Positions 37,641-50,754 of a stretch of DNA of 64,000 nt are shown here, in pieces; position 1 is the first letter of the stretch; each line of letters begins with the position of its first letter. Made by a program: the position numbers and the translations under genes. Under the pieces are notes generated by a model. That model was not told the DNA's origin and did not search any database. It worked only from the letters and a program-made list of their open reading frames with translations. The DNA is from Octopus sinensis. Its lineage: Eukaryota. The stretch spans positions 23,374,001 to 23,438,000 of the forward strand of contig NC_043012.1 in assembly GCF_006345805.1 (NCBI RefSeq), written 5' to 3'.

Positions 37641-38778
37641 GAAGTAAAGCAAAAAAAAAACTAATAAATTTAAGCGCACAATCTAAAAGAAACCAAAAAA
37701 AAAACAAAAAATGCAGCTTGTTGTGCAGTCAGCTTTGTTGTTGTTGTTCTCTTCCTTCATGTGTGCAAGCTGCAAGTTCCAGTGTTTTTATTTATTTATT
37801 TATTTATTTACTTTAGTTTTTTTTTGTTGTTGTTTTTATTTATTTTAATCTGTGCTCAAAGCACATGTATCAAGTTTATCCAGGGCACACCTTCAGGTAA
37901 CGTCTTTCTCGTCTGCAGTCTGTGTCGACTCGATTATCCAGAACCTTACCATCTAATTTGCAACATATGATTCAAGGGTGAGAAAGTTCCAAGTGTAAAA
38001 CTGTAAACTTAATTGCGCCTAATCTAATGATCAAAAGGAAAGAACTGAGAGCAAACAACTCTCTTGGAGAATATGCTGCTGAAATATCTTCACCTCTCTT
38101 TTTCAGCTGTAGAATTCATGAATACTTAATATGCAAAAATATTATTTGCTTTCAACAGCTACCGTTTTGTCACAGTTTTCTTTTGCATTTGTTGGCACCA
38201 GAACCCAGAAGTCAAAGTTAAAATTAATGCAAGACTATCTTCATAGCTCACATTTCCAAAGACTAAAAGAATACTGTAATATTGTTTGTATTTTTTCATC
38301 AGATGCCGTTATTAAGATTTTTGTCTTTAATGCTCTATGTTTCTGCTACAGTTATTCCAAATATTTATACTATATTTTATTTACATGCATGCAATTATGT
38401 TTGCGGTGAGAGTGGGGGTTCAACACATCGCAAACAAGATACGAGATGATATATTCAATAGCAATGATCTGCATGCAGCATATCAAGTCGTATAAAAAAC
38501 ATACATGCATGTGTTTGGGTGTGCAATGGTTTATCATATCATATGTTTATGCATTACATATATATACATACATGTGCACACATGTGTGCACACAGAGTGT
38601 CCCATAAGTAAGACAGAATTTAACATTGCATTACTGATTAAATCATGCCTTGATAATGGGAAAAATTATATATGAAAAGAAGTCTAAATATGAAAAGTTA
38701 AAACTGGAGAAGTGCTTATAAAGCTGTTTCACAAAATCTAATACACATATATATGTGTGTGTGTGGGAGTGCAAGTAA

Positions 38779-38813
<35 letters not shown>

Positions 38814-38865
38814 TATCACACTTTATATATACACACACTTATATCTATATAAGCGTATGTATAAA

Positions 38866-39062
38866 GGGAAAGTTTACGAAAAAAAGCAAAAGACGAAGAC
38901 AGGTGGTGTACAAAACAAACATATGTATTAGTATAGCGCTCAGTAATAGAAAAAGTCGTTTACGTTTCGAGCCTACGCTCTTCTACAGAAAGGTACACAG
39001 AAAAAACAAGGAGAGAAGAACACTGTGTGTAGTGGCTAACGATCTATCATGGCGCCTGACTC
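38866..39062 (-). mobile_element. Hammerhead-bearing repeat family A, best-preserved core
   Basis: Minus strand 38992-38957: CUUU-CUGUAGA-A-GAGC-GUAG-GCUC-GAA-AC-GU-A-AAC. Confidence 0.75.
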
Positions 39063-39362
39063 AGACTCGTATTTATATATATATATATATATATATAAAA
39101 CCTTTATGCCTGTATATATTATGGGTGTATGTATGCACATATTTATATCACTAATCAAAGATATTTGATCAACATATAAGCTTTAACACTGACAAAACAT
39201 TGAGTAATGTTTGTGTGATACATTAAATGCTAACACACATATATGAATTGAATGGTACTGCCCAGGTATTGAAACCACAATGATATCCGTGAGGCAGCTG
39301 ATGATGGAGGTATGTTGGATTGTTGGTATGGCTGTGGAATACTATTATAACACATCCTTTTG

Positions 39363-39393
<31 letters not shown>

Positions 39394-39832
39394 TATGTAT
39401 ATAATATATATATATATATATATGCATATATACATATATGTACATACCTACATCTCTTGATCAAATGTCTTTGACTATTGATATACATATGCACATACAT
39501 ACACACACAATATATACAGGCATAACGGATTATCATTTTGCACATTACTTAATCACCAGTATATTATTGTTATTTTATATTTAATATTTCTATTATATGT
39601 AATTTTCTAGCTGGTGTAATTTAATTTTTCATTTTGAATTGATAAAAGGTGGTTTTTTTCTAATTTATATATATTATGTATATATATATATATATATATA
39701 TTATATTTTGTGAATTTTGATTTAGCTTTTCTAAATTGAATTTTTCCCTGTAAGTTAGGAATAATATTCCCTCAAATTATTATTGTTATTATTATTATTA
39801 TTATATATATATACATGTATATGCATATGTGG

Positions 39833-40208
39833 GCGCAGCCTCGGCTAGCCCCCATGCCGGTGACACGTAAAAGCACCGTCCGTTCGTGGCCGTTTGCCAG
39901 CTCTGTCTGGCCCCGTGTCAGTGGCACGTAAAAGCACCATCCGTTCGTGTCCGTTGCCAGCATTGCCTGGCCCCGTGCCGGTGACACGTAAAAGCACCAT
40001 CCGTTCGTGGCCGTTGTGCCAGCTCTGTCTGGCACCTGTGCAGGTGGCACGTAAAAAACACCCACTACACTCGCGGAGTGGTTGGCGTTAGGAAGGGCAT
40101 CCAGCCGTAGAAACACTGCTAAATCTGACTGGGCCTGATGAAGCCTTCCGGCTTCACAGACCCCAGTTAAACCGTCCAACCCATGCTAGCATGGAAAACG
40201 GACACTAA

Positions 40209-40220
<12 letters not shown>
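39833..40220 (+). mobile_element. RTE-tailed repeat with four internal ~60-bp tandem units
   Basis: cacgtaaaagcacc recurs at about 39864, 39925, 39985 and 40048, followed by the RTE-type tail and (GAT)n. Confidence 0.85.
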
Positions 40221-40239
<19 letters not shown>

Positions 40240-42350
40240 CATCACAAAACGTGTACAACCAAAAAGTACGAAGCATGAGTACATGGAACATAAACTATTC
40301 TTTCAAACAATGAAAGGCACAAATGGAAAACAAAACAACATAAAGACCGACCCTTCATCAGTTGTTGGCTGTTTTTCTAGTCTCAAATTTCGAGCATTTA
40401 ACCATAATATATGCTTTCGATAAAACAGTTGCTCCCACAAAGCAAATTAAATAAAATTTGCGATTTTGTAGAGGATCAAAACTGGTAGCACAAACAGGAC
40501 AATGAAAACAAACAGGAAGGGCTGGAAAGCCTAAATGAGGTTGTGGTGGTGAACATGTAAATCAAGCTAGGACAGGAGACAGATGAGAACACATCTTGCT
40601 TGTTCCAGCTACAATGGAGTGAAAGAAAGATGGCTGATGGCCATGTGGGAGCCACGTGAGCAAGGAAGGAGGAGTGAGGGGGAGAGAGTCACAGAGTAAT
40701 AGGATAGTGTACTTCATGTTGGAGTCTTTGATGAAACTGTAAGGTATTACTCAGGCACTCAACTCTGAGCCCACCACCTAATAGTAGAAACAGCTGTAAG
40801 CTAATGACGTTCATAAGACAATTGTAAATTCCTTTGTCATCTCTTCTTCTTTATTACCACTCTGTACTCAACTAACAATTCATTCTAAAGAATTGCACAT
40901 TGAGTTCTACACCAGGTTATTAGTATTGTAGTGTGCGTGTACATGAGTGTTACTCAGAGTTTTAAAGGCACAAGGCAAAGCATGTGTGTAATTGATGAAT
41001 GAAATGTCTTTGATGAGGGAAGCCTTTCAGTCCATATTTGGATTGAAAGGTGGTTCATTATTGGGTAAAGCCATGCCAGGTTCCCATTGGACAAGCTGGG
41101 TCATATAAAAACTGTTGCAGATTGTTGGCATAAGTCATGATGAGGCATGATTAGATTGTGAAAGTACCACTAAGATGAAAGGGAAACAAGATAGCCATGA
41201 TTAATTTTCATTAGCAGGGGATTGGGGTACAAGAATATACAGCAGTATTTCTTCTGACACTTTATGTCCTGAGTTCAATTCACACCAAAGTCCACTCAGT
41301 CTTTCATCTTTTCAGGGTTGATAACATAAAATATCCATCAAGTACTGGGCACAGTGTAACTGACCAGCACTCTTCCCCTAAAATGGCTGCCCTTGAGCCA
41401 AAACTTGAAGCCATAATTTTCCAAGTCAGTAACATCAATTAGAAATCATGGTCAATTTTCTGAAGAACATAACAGACTGTTTCAAGACCTGCAGTTTGTT
41501 ACAAAGCCAAACTTTACAATTACACAATCTACCAGAATCTACTAGAGCTTTATCAACAATGTTTCAGGTTACAGTGAGGAAAGCATGTCTTTGGTTTCTA
41601 AGTTTCCAAATGAAATATGACAAGGAAGTGGCATTGACTCTGTCATTGGGTCTAAAGAAGATCAAATGTTGGTTATGCTGTCCTCTGAAGTCATCAGCAT
41701 AGAGAACCATATAATTTCTCTTGATACAATATGGTGAAATAACCATAGCAATATCATCGTCATCATCATCATCATCATCATCATTTAACTTCTGTTGTCC
41801 ATGCTGGCATGGGTTGGATAGTTTGATCAGGGCTGGCAGATTTGGTATGGCTTCTACGGCTGTCTTATAAAAGCCGTCTTTGCATAGCTAAGATGCAGGG
41901 CCAAATTGTATTCTTCAATGTGTTTAAATGCAAATGATGCATACTGGAGCCACTATTGTTTCTCTTTAGCCTTGTTGCAAGATGGTTCCCACTGTCAGTT
42001 TTAAGCATCATTTTTATACCTTTCCTTGCTGGAAAGTGACATAGATAACTGGGTAACTAACACTGGAGTTGTTTACCCTGCTTCCAGGTTCTTGTTGATG
42101 GAAGACCTCCAATCATTAATTAATGTTTCCCCTCACACATAAATCATTAAACCTGGAGGGCAACTGACATTTATGACTTGAACTATAAACTTCAGAACTG
42201 ATGCTTCAAATGTACGGGGAAAGACAACAGTATCACACAGTGCAAAATCAGCAATAATTGATGCCTCAGGTGATTCAGGAATTTACCTTGCATCTCAGGT
42301 ATAATGATTCTGAGGAAGCGACTAAACACTACAGTTTAAAAGTGCATTAA

Positions 42351-42578
42351 CCCTTTAATCCTTTCATTGCTGTATTTATTTTGAGCTGCTCTGTATTTCT
42401 TTCAATTACATTAAATATAACAAAGAATTTAGTAAAATAACTTAGTTATCATTGAACTAGTGTTAGGAACATAAATTGTGACTAAGATTTGGTGGAAGAT
42501 TTTAATTCAAAACTTATGAAAACAAGACATTTGTACTGAGAGCCAGAGCCGGTTTCAGCTGGGTTGGTAATGACAGGG
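42351..42578 (+). mobile_element. piggyBac-like MITE, copy 1
   Basis: TTAA|CCCTTT...CAGGG|TTAA; about 85-90% identical to 42823-43037. Confidence 0.8.
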
Positions 42579-42822
42579 TTAACTGTGAAATTAAATTTCA
42601 TGGTCATTCCAGTTATGATGTTAAATATCCACTAAAAAATAGAATTGGTATTTTCTGCAAGTCATGCTGCCTTAGTAATGTTGATGTATCTCAACATAAA
42701 ATAGTTTCAAACATGACACTCTACAACAAGGGATAGATTTGTATATAAAACTGCTTTTTTTTTAGTTAAAGATAATGAAATTTTGATTGAATATGTGTGA
42801 TTTTTGCAGCAAAATATTTAAA

Positions 42823-43037
42823 CCCTTTCATTACTGTATTTATTTTAAGATGCTCTGTATTTCTTTCAATTATTTTAAATATAACAAAGAATTAAGTAAA
42901 ATTACTTAGTTATCATTAAGCTAGTGTTAGGAACATAAATTGTGACTAAGGTGGAAGATTTTAATTCAAAACTTATGAAAACAAGGCATTTGTACTCAGA
43001 GCCAGAACTGGTTTCAGCCGGGTTGGTAACGAAAGGG
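42823..43037 (+). mobile_element. piggyBac-like MITE, copy 2
   Basis: TIRs ccctttcattac / gtaacgaaaggg (11/12); right flank TTAA, left flank TAAA. Confidence 0.8.
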
Positions 43038-43282
43038 TTAAGTTGTGAGCTCCCATGATGTAAACTGTAGCAAAATTAACCAGTAAAAAGATGACACAAG
43101 TTCCCTGTTAGCAAGTTTGATTTTTCATTTGTTTTTTTTTTTATTGTTTTCTCTTATTTCCAGGAAGAGCTCAAGTTGAGATTGAGATTAACAAATTTAA
43201 TGTCATTAAAAAAAATTTTACTTTGCTACTTCCATACTAAAGTACTTTATTAGGTGATGCATTTCTTTTCTTTCAAGGATAG

Positions 43283-43825
43283 TGCAGCTATGGCTGTGAC
43301 ACAGGTATGGCTGTGGTGCAGGTAAGGCTGTGATGCAGGTATGGCTGTGGTGCATGTATGGCTGTGGCGCATGTATGGGTGTGGTGCAGGTATGGGTGTG
43401 GTGCAGGTATGGCTGTGGCACAGGTAGGGCTGTGGTGCAGGTATGACTGGGATGCAGGTATGGGTGTGGTGCAGGTATGGCAGGGATGCATGTATGGGTG
43501 TGGTGCAGGTATGGCTGTGGTACAGGTATGGCTGTAGTGCAGGTATGGCTGTGATGCAGGTATGGCTGCGGCACAGGTATGGCTGTGGCACAGGTATGGT
43601 TGTAGCACAGGTATGGCTGTGGCACAGGTATGGCTGTGGTGCAGGTATGGCTGTGGTGCAGGTATGGCTGTGGCACATGTAGGGCTGTGGTGCAGGTATG
43701 GCTGGAATGCAGGTATGGATGTGGTGCAGGTATGGCTGGGATGCAGGTATGGGTGTGGTGCAGGCATGGCTGTGGTACAGGTATGGCTGTAGTGCATGTA
43801 TGGCTGTGATGCAGGTATGGTTGTA
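43283..43825. repeat. 17-bp minisatellite (caggtatggctgtggtg) x ~32
   Basis: Directly visible; explains the 17-aa-periodic ORFs in all three minus frames. Confidence 0.95.
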
Positions 43826-44239
43826 TGGTGAAGAAGCTCCCTTTGCAACAATACCATTGCACATGTGTCTTCAACCATTGCCCTCGGCTGATCAAACTTA
43901 GCCTTTTGAGTGAATTGGCTAGAAGAAACTGAGTGGAAGTTCACCATATCTATAGCTATCTATCTATCTATCTGTCTACATACAGATTGATCTCTAATTG
44001 GGAACAGAACATGTGCAAGGGGTAGACCCAGGAAGCTGTGGGATGAAGTGGTGAGAAAGGGTCTTTAGATGTTAGGCTTCACAAAGGGAATGACAAGGGA
44101 CTGAGACTCCTGGCACTTAGCTATGCTTGCAAAGACACATCAAGCTGAGTAAAATCATGGCTGTCCCCTGCACCCCTCTTCAGGTGAGTGATCCTAATCT
44201 CACAGGTTTGTGGGAGCTGGTGCCATGTAAAAAGCATGA

Positions 44240-44660
44240 GTGCTGGTGCTGCATTTAAAGAGCACCCAGTCCACTCTGTAAAGGTGTCGGTTTTAAGGAG
44301 GGTATCCAGCAGTAGATACCATGCCAAAACAGACATCTGGAGTCAGGGCAGATCTTCAGCTGGCTAGATCCAGTCAAACCATCCAACCCATACCAGTATA
44401 GAGAACGAGTGTATGATGATGATGTATAAACAGGCACATAGATATGGGTGGGATAAGGTGTATATGTGGGTATAAGTGTCCCCTAGCATCACTTAACAAC
44501 CGCTATTGGTTTGTTTACACTCCCATAATGGCTTGGCACAAAGGATTAATAAAATAGGTACCAGACTTAAAAGCAAGTACTGGGGTCTCTTTGTCTGAGT
44601 GGCTCCTTGAAGGTGGTGCCCCAGTATGGCTGTAGTCCAATGACTGAAACAAGTAAAAAA
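44240..44660 (+). mobile_element. Diverged RTE-type tail (44240-44425) and SINE family C tail (44480-44660)
   Basis: ggagggtatccagcagtagatacc...gatgatgatg; ggtggtgccccagtatggctgtagtccaatgactgaaac. Confidence 0.6.
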
Positions 44661-44834
44661 AATTACGAAAAAAGGTAACCCATAATAAATGCTTTGTCAG
44701 TGTTGTTCATTTCCATTAGTACCAGTAATTGGTAGCAGGGTGTGCGGTCATACTGACAAAATGGGTCATCCAAATCGAGTTTTGAAAAGCGAATCTATGT
44801 AGACAGCAATTTAATTTATATTATTACAGTTTAA

Positions 44835-45600
44835 GTGTATACATACAAACATACATACATACATGCATATATACATACACACATACATACATACATACAT
44901 ACATACATACATACATACATACATACATACATACACATATACATACATGCAGCAAAAGAAGTTTGTTTTTTAAAAAAATTTGGAAATCATAATTTAAGAC
45001 GCTATGTATTTTTCATCATAGAAAGAAAATTCTTGACATTTTTTTTTCCCCAAAGAAAATTCATAAGTTTTATTTCATTCTGTTATGGGTGAAAAAAAAA
45101 TCTTTGATTCAAGAGAAGACATGCTGAATAATGAAAAGAGAGAGAGAGAGAGAAAGAGAAAAGGGATTAAAGTGAACACACACACCCACATACATAGACA
45201 GACAGAATATAATAAAAATTCTAAGAAACATATGGAATAAAAAAAAAAGGTTAATTAAATACAGTCTGAGTCAGTAGAGAGAAAATAAAACATCTTATGT
45301 AAAATAGACTTTTGAAATAAGTGAAAAGTGGAAGAAGAATTGGTAAAATGGACCAAGAAATGTAGGGAAGGATTTACAAAAAACACTTTAGCTTATTTAT
45401 ATCTTTGCAAATTTTTTCCATCTCTTCTGCATCATCATCACCATTACTATTATTATTATCATTATTTTTATAAATATTATTATTATTATCATTATTTTAT
45501 TAATATTATTATTATTATTATCATTATTTTATTATATTATTATTATTATTATTATTATTATCATTATTTTATTAATATTATTATTATTATTATTGCTGTT
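44835..45600. repeat. (CATA)n array 44835-44950 and (TAT/CAT)n array 45430-45600
   Basis: Directly visible. Confidence 0.9.
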
Positions 45601-47094
45601 GTTATTTTCTTTATCCAAAATAGAAGGGAGGAGTCGTTTCCATTGTGTGAGTGATGAGTTATATTGTCATTATGACTGACATGCTGTTGTCTAGCTGTCC
45701 ACTGAAGGTACTTGGCATGGCTTGACATACGTCAACTTCTCCCACAGAAACACAAAATCGTAATGGTGGAAGAGGTTAACTGAGTAATGAAAAAAATAAA
45801 TAAACTGTGAAATATTAATAATAATAATAATAATGATGATGATGATGATAACATTTCAAAAATACCCACAAATAGACAAAAAAACAACTGGGTGTTTTTT
45901 GGGTCTGTTCCCACTTTTTCCTGAAACAATAACCCACCCAATCATCATTAACTCCCTTCCTTCCTACTCCAATTCCAAAGGGCCATCTAAAATTACATGA
46001 GTTTCTTTGCCAGGACAAACAATATTTCAAAAAAGATGAAAATAAATGATGATGTAGACAATAAGCTGACCAATCTCTGAGCTTTCCACATCCCATTCTA
46101 CCTACATGTGGGTATATTGAATAATGAGCCGATGATTGTAAAATAAGATAATTAACAGAGAAATGATAAAAAAATAATAAATCAACATAACAAGAAATAT
46201 AAAAGTGATTAAGAATATAATAATGTAATGTATGTATATGCAGACCTACCTATGTACATTTACACACGCAAAGAAATATTGAAAAATTTTTCTTCAAAAA
46301 AAAATGAATAAAGAATTTTTATTTATATTCTGCATATAAAAATGAAATTAATAAAATGTTGCACACACAGTCGTATATCCTTTTAGAGTGGGAAATTTTC
46401 ATATGGTTATGAGAAAAATAAGGAAACCTTCCTCTCTTATCCCCTAAAATCCATGCAGTAGTTACATCTTTCTCCCCAACACTCAGTCTTCTTTCTTACA
46501 AGTTTTGTCATTCATTCTTTGAATCTTTATGTCTCAAAAAAAAACCAAAAAAAAAAGCCGCCCCCACCCCAAAAACCCCAAAAAACCCCCGAAAAAAATT
46601 AAAAACCAAAAAAAAACCCACAAATAAGTGACTTGAATTCGATAAAATCCCCCCCACCCAATGAAAATGAATAAAAAAAAAATAAAAGTAAAAATCAAAA
46701 TTAAATCTTATCCCAAATGAAAGTAAAAAAAAAGAATGAAATAAACTATAACAAAATTTTCATCCCCTAAAATATTTAAGTGGGGTTGGGTTCAGTTTAA
46801 TGTGTACAAATAGTGAAGAAGAAAAATAGGAGAGAAGCTTTTGTATGAATGAATCAATGAATAGATGAATGAATGAAGGAATGAAAAATATGTGTAGGTT
46901 GGGATAAGAAATAGAAAGAATGAAAGAATTAAACATAGCTATAAATTTTCAACAATGCATGTTGGGATGGATAGAATTATTTACAGATTATATGTGTGCT
47001 TGTGTATAAACAGATAGGTAGATATACATAGATATATATACATACGTATGTATGTATGTATAAAAAATAGTCATACCTATATATGTATACAATT

Positions 47095-47147
47095 ACATAC
47101 ATAAATATGAAAATAGAGCTATCTGTCAATACATATGTATATGTGTG

Positions 47148-47225
<78 letters not shown>

Positions 47226-47234
47226 GTATATATG

Positions 47235-47267
<33 letters not shown>

Positions 47268-47276
47268 GTATATATG

Positions 47277-47361
<85 letters not shown>

Positions 47362-47480
47362 ATATATATACATGTATATATACATATATATATATATAGA
47401 GAGAGAGATGCATGCTTGTTAATATATATATACACACACATGATTATTATATGCACACACACACACACACACACGACTAT
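47095..47480. repeat. Long compound (TA)n array
   Basis: Directly visible. Confidence 0.95.
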
Positions 47481-48512
47481 GTATATATGTGTGTGTACAT
47501 ATGTAGATTCACAAATAATTACTCACACATATATTCATGCAAACACACATGTATACGCAGACAAAGTGCGCATGTTGAGACCCCTACAAACATAGGTTCA
47601 CAGAGATACGATAGCAGAGAGAAAGTAAATGAAAAGAAGGCACAGCAAAAAAAAAAAAAAAAAATGTTAATTAAATGAATAAATTTGAAAAAGAAAAAAA
47701 GATTTTGTTGAAAAATAAATGGGGAAATGAAAATGAAATAGAAAGGAGAAGATAGGATTTATGTATGTATGTATATACGTATATATGTATGTATGCATGT
47801 ATGTATAAACACACACATATATACAAAGAGAAAAAGGGAATGAAGGAGACAGAGAGAAAGAAGAAGATAGAGAGGGAGGGAGAACAGAAATGGAATGGGG
47901 GAAAAAAAGAAGGAAAAAAATGCTTGTTTTGTCAAAAAGATTTTTAGAACCATCAACTTTTCACAATATATTTTTCTATGGGATAAAAATGGAAGAGGCC
48001 ACTGTAACACCAAGAACTTCCTTATGCCTGTCAGCTGATATCTGAGAACATTGCAAGACTTATATCTCATAGTGTTGTTCTTGGAGTTATTGCACATGTA
48101 CATATGCAATGGAAACTATGTTCCTTATTTCATATCTCCCATTTGCATATGCATTGTCTATCTTTTTGTTACAAATTTTTTCTTTAATATTTTTTTTTTT
48201 TAATATTCAGTTTGTGTAGACTCTCTCCTTCACTTCAATACTTAACATTAAAAAAATATTGATATAATTTCATTTTTTTTTTTTTTTTTTTTTTCTGGCA
48301 TTCAACTTTATTCACAACCATCTTTTTTCTTATGCATGTAGGGTGTATTTTTTTTTTCTCTCTCTTTTTACCAAAATTACATTTCAACAAAATCACGAAA
48401 GTGAAGTGAAAATACAAAAGTTAAGAGAAAAGATCATCAACAACAATGATGAGAGTGATGAAACATTACATGTTTTATGTACATCTGTATGTGTGCAATG
48501 TTTATCAAACAC

Positions 48513-48551
<39 letters not shown>

Positions 48552-48607
48552 TTACAGTGTTTATATATATGTTTACACTGTGCTTATATACATGTCTTTA
48601 CAATGTA

Positions 48608-48640
<33 letters not shown>

Positions 48641-48649
<9 letters not shown>

Positions 48650-48811
48650 CTACATGTAAATATGTGTTTATATAAACACAGTAAATATATATATATATAT
48701 TTACTGTGTAGGTGAGTGTATATGTATGTGTGTGTATGTATATATATATATATATGTATATATATATTTACGGTGTTTATATAAACACATATTACATGTA
48801 GGTGTGTGTGT
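48641..48811. repeat. Nested inverted repeats around TA tracts
   Basis: 48641-48690 is the inverse of 48761-48811; internal perfect palindromes at 48663-48680 and 48677-48708. Confidence 0.85.
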
Positions 48812-49459
48812 ATATAAATATATATATATATATGTGTGTGTGTGTGTATATATACATACATATACACTCTCCTATATCACAGGCATCAGACAATAGCCTA
48901 TGTATGCGTGTGTGTGTATACACAAACACACACACATTATAGATACTATACACATTCATTTTTACAAGTTTTTTTAAGTGAAAGAGACAGAGAAACAGTA
49001 AAACAAGAAAGGGACAATGAGTGATGTTGTAATTTTAAAAAGGGGCTGCAAAAGGTGGATTTATGACAGCCTAGGCATTTCAAAAATATGGCTTTAACAC
49101 ACACAAAAAAGGAGTTCTCTGCATTTATCTTAGATTCAACTTGAAGAATTCCTGCACACACATTTTATCAGAATTTCTTTATCACTGAATAAGTTGACAA
49201 AGTAGAAAAAGAAAAATTCAATGAATAAGCAATGACTGTGTAGTTGAGAAGTGTATGCATGTATGTATATACATACATGCATACATGTGTGTCTTTACAA
49301 CTGTTTTTGTCAGCCACCACCACTTGACAACCAGGAATGGTTTGTTTACATCCCCCAAAACTTAGGAGTTCCACATAAGAGACCGAAAGAATAAGTACAA
49401 GACTTTTCAAAAATAAGTATTGGACGTGGGGTAACTTAATCAATTAAACACTCTGAAAA

Positions 49460-49726
49460 GGGGGCTCTGAAAGGGGTCTCAGGGAGAAGTGTCCCAGCCC
49501 TCCTAAGCTAGTTTTCTACCACATTTCTTAAAAATCGTGGTAGAGGCCTTGGTCTTGGGACCACTCATGTATACAAACTGAGAAATTCCAGCTCTAAAAA
49601 AGCCTCATGATAGCAAAGGAGAATGGGCACCAGCCAGCCCAAAGGTTGGAGTAAGCTGCACCTGCCTACCTCAGTTGACAGGGACAAAACCTGGATTTAT
49701 AACGATGATGATGATGATGATGATGA
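49460..49726 (+). mobile_element. Probable RTE-clade 3' end, different family, ending in (GAT)n
   Basis: Non-repetitive segment ending aacctggatttataacgatgatgatg. Confidence 0.4.
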
Positions 49727-50413
49727 AGGCAGTGCCTCAACATGACCCATAGTCCAATGACATAAATATAAAAAACAAAAACTGATGAACATAGAACATA
49801 GAACATGGATGAGTGATTAAGAAGTTTTGTTTCAGAACCGTACGGTTACAAGTTCAATACCCATGCACAGCATCTTGGACAAACTGCTTCACAGCATAAA
49901 CTGGAGTTTAATAAATACAAACTTCTATCAAAAACAGGACTTTGGTTGACTGGGGAAAGTGAACAGTCACAGCAGCTGCTAGCACCAGCATCATCATCAT
50001 CAGTGTCATTGTCATCTGAGTTGTGAGCTACCTCATTACACATCTATTTTTAGTAAAGACTAGGTGAATAGTTCGCACCTGAGTCAGTCATTATTGAGAG
50101 ACCCTCTTCTCACCATTTAGTGGGTTTGTGTGTGTTACATGGCTTGGTTTCTACGGATAGATGTCCTTCCTACTTTGAAACATTGCACAGAGTTGACTGA
50201 ATGAATTGTCTAATGACTACAACATTTGATTAGTTTTCTGAGTAACAAGGCTAAAAGGACATTATATATACATACATATATATATACATATATATATACA
50301 TATACATATATGCATATATATATACACACACACATATAAATATATATATACATACACATATATGTTTGTCTTTATACATATATGTATATATACATATATA
50401 TATTATATATATA

Positions 50414-50466
50414 TACATTTTCGAAGCAATAAGGGGTGAATTATACCGCCTTCTCATCAGGAAAAA
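50414..50466 (-). ncRNA. Hammerhead-like motif with canonical core, truncated into (TA)n at the predicted cleavage site
   Basis: CUGAUGA-GAAG...CUUC-GAA-A-AUG-U-A then TA repeat; the 3' strand of stem I is missing. Confidence 0.45.
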
Positions 50467-50721
50467 ACAAGGAACTTATGTCAGCATCAAGATGAACAAA
50501 AACTTTTAGATGACTGCCCACACATCGTTCAACTCCATTCTTTCATTTATTTGTATTAAAAAAACACACAAATTTCCACACGAAAGCACGTGATCTCTGC
50601 CCTTGGCATGTAGCTTCAACCATGTTTTTCTGATGTGAATTTGCTACCCAGGTTAACCGAATTATCCATACTAAGATAATTCATTCAATTACTTAAATAT
50701 TTATATATATATACATATATC

Positions 50722-50748
<27 letters not shown>

Positions 50749-50754
<6 letters not shown>

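Noticed and set aside
37314-37679. Mucin-like poly-Thr ORF
   Set aside because: Trinucleotide low-complexity tract with no splice or domain context.
39265-39310. GAAAC...CTGATGA on the plus strand
   Set aside because: No cleavable NUH with paired stems I and III.
40135-40160. CTGATGA followed by a hairpin in the RTE-type tail (also 10010-10030, minus strand)
   Set aside because: No GAAA or stem III follows; other copies read ctggtgcagcc, so it is a subfamily variant.
40340-40405. Possible type II hammerhead on the minus strand
   Set aside because: A 5-bp stem III can be drawn, but stems I and II do not pair.
43218-43947. Three 204-225 aa Pro/His/Cys/Thr-rich ORFs
   Set aside because: A stop-free 17-bp unit opens all three minus frames with the same 17-aa period; no frame preference.
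46535-46630. Irregular A/C homopolymer runs
   Set aside because: Low complexity, possibly poorly polished sequence; no structure identified.
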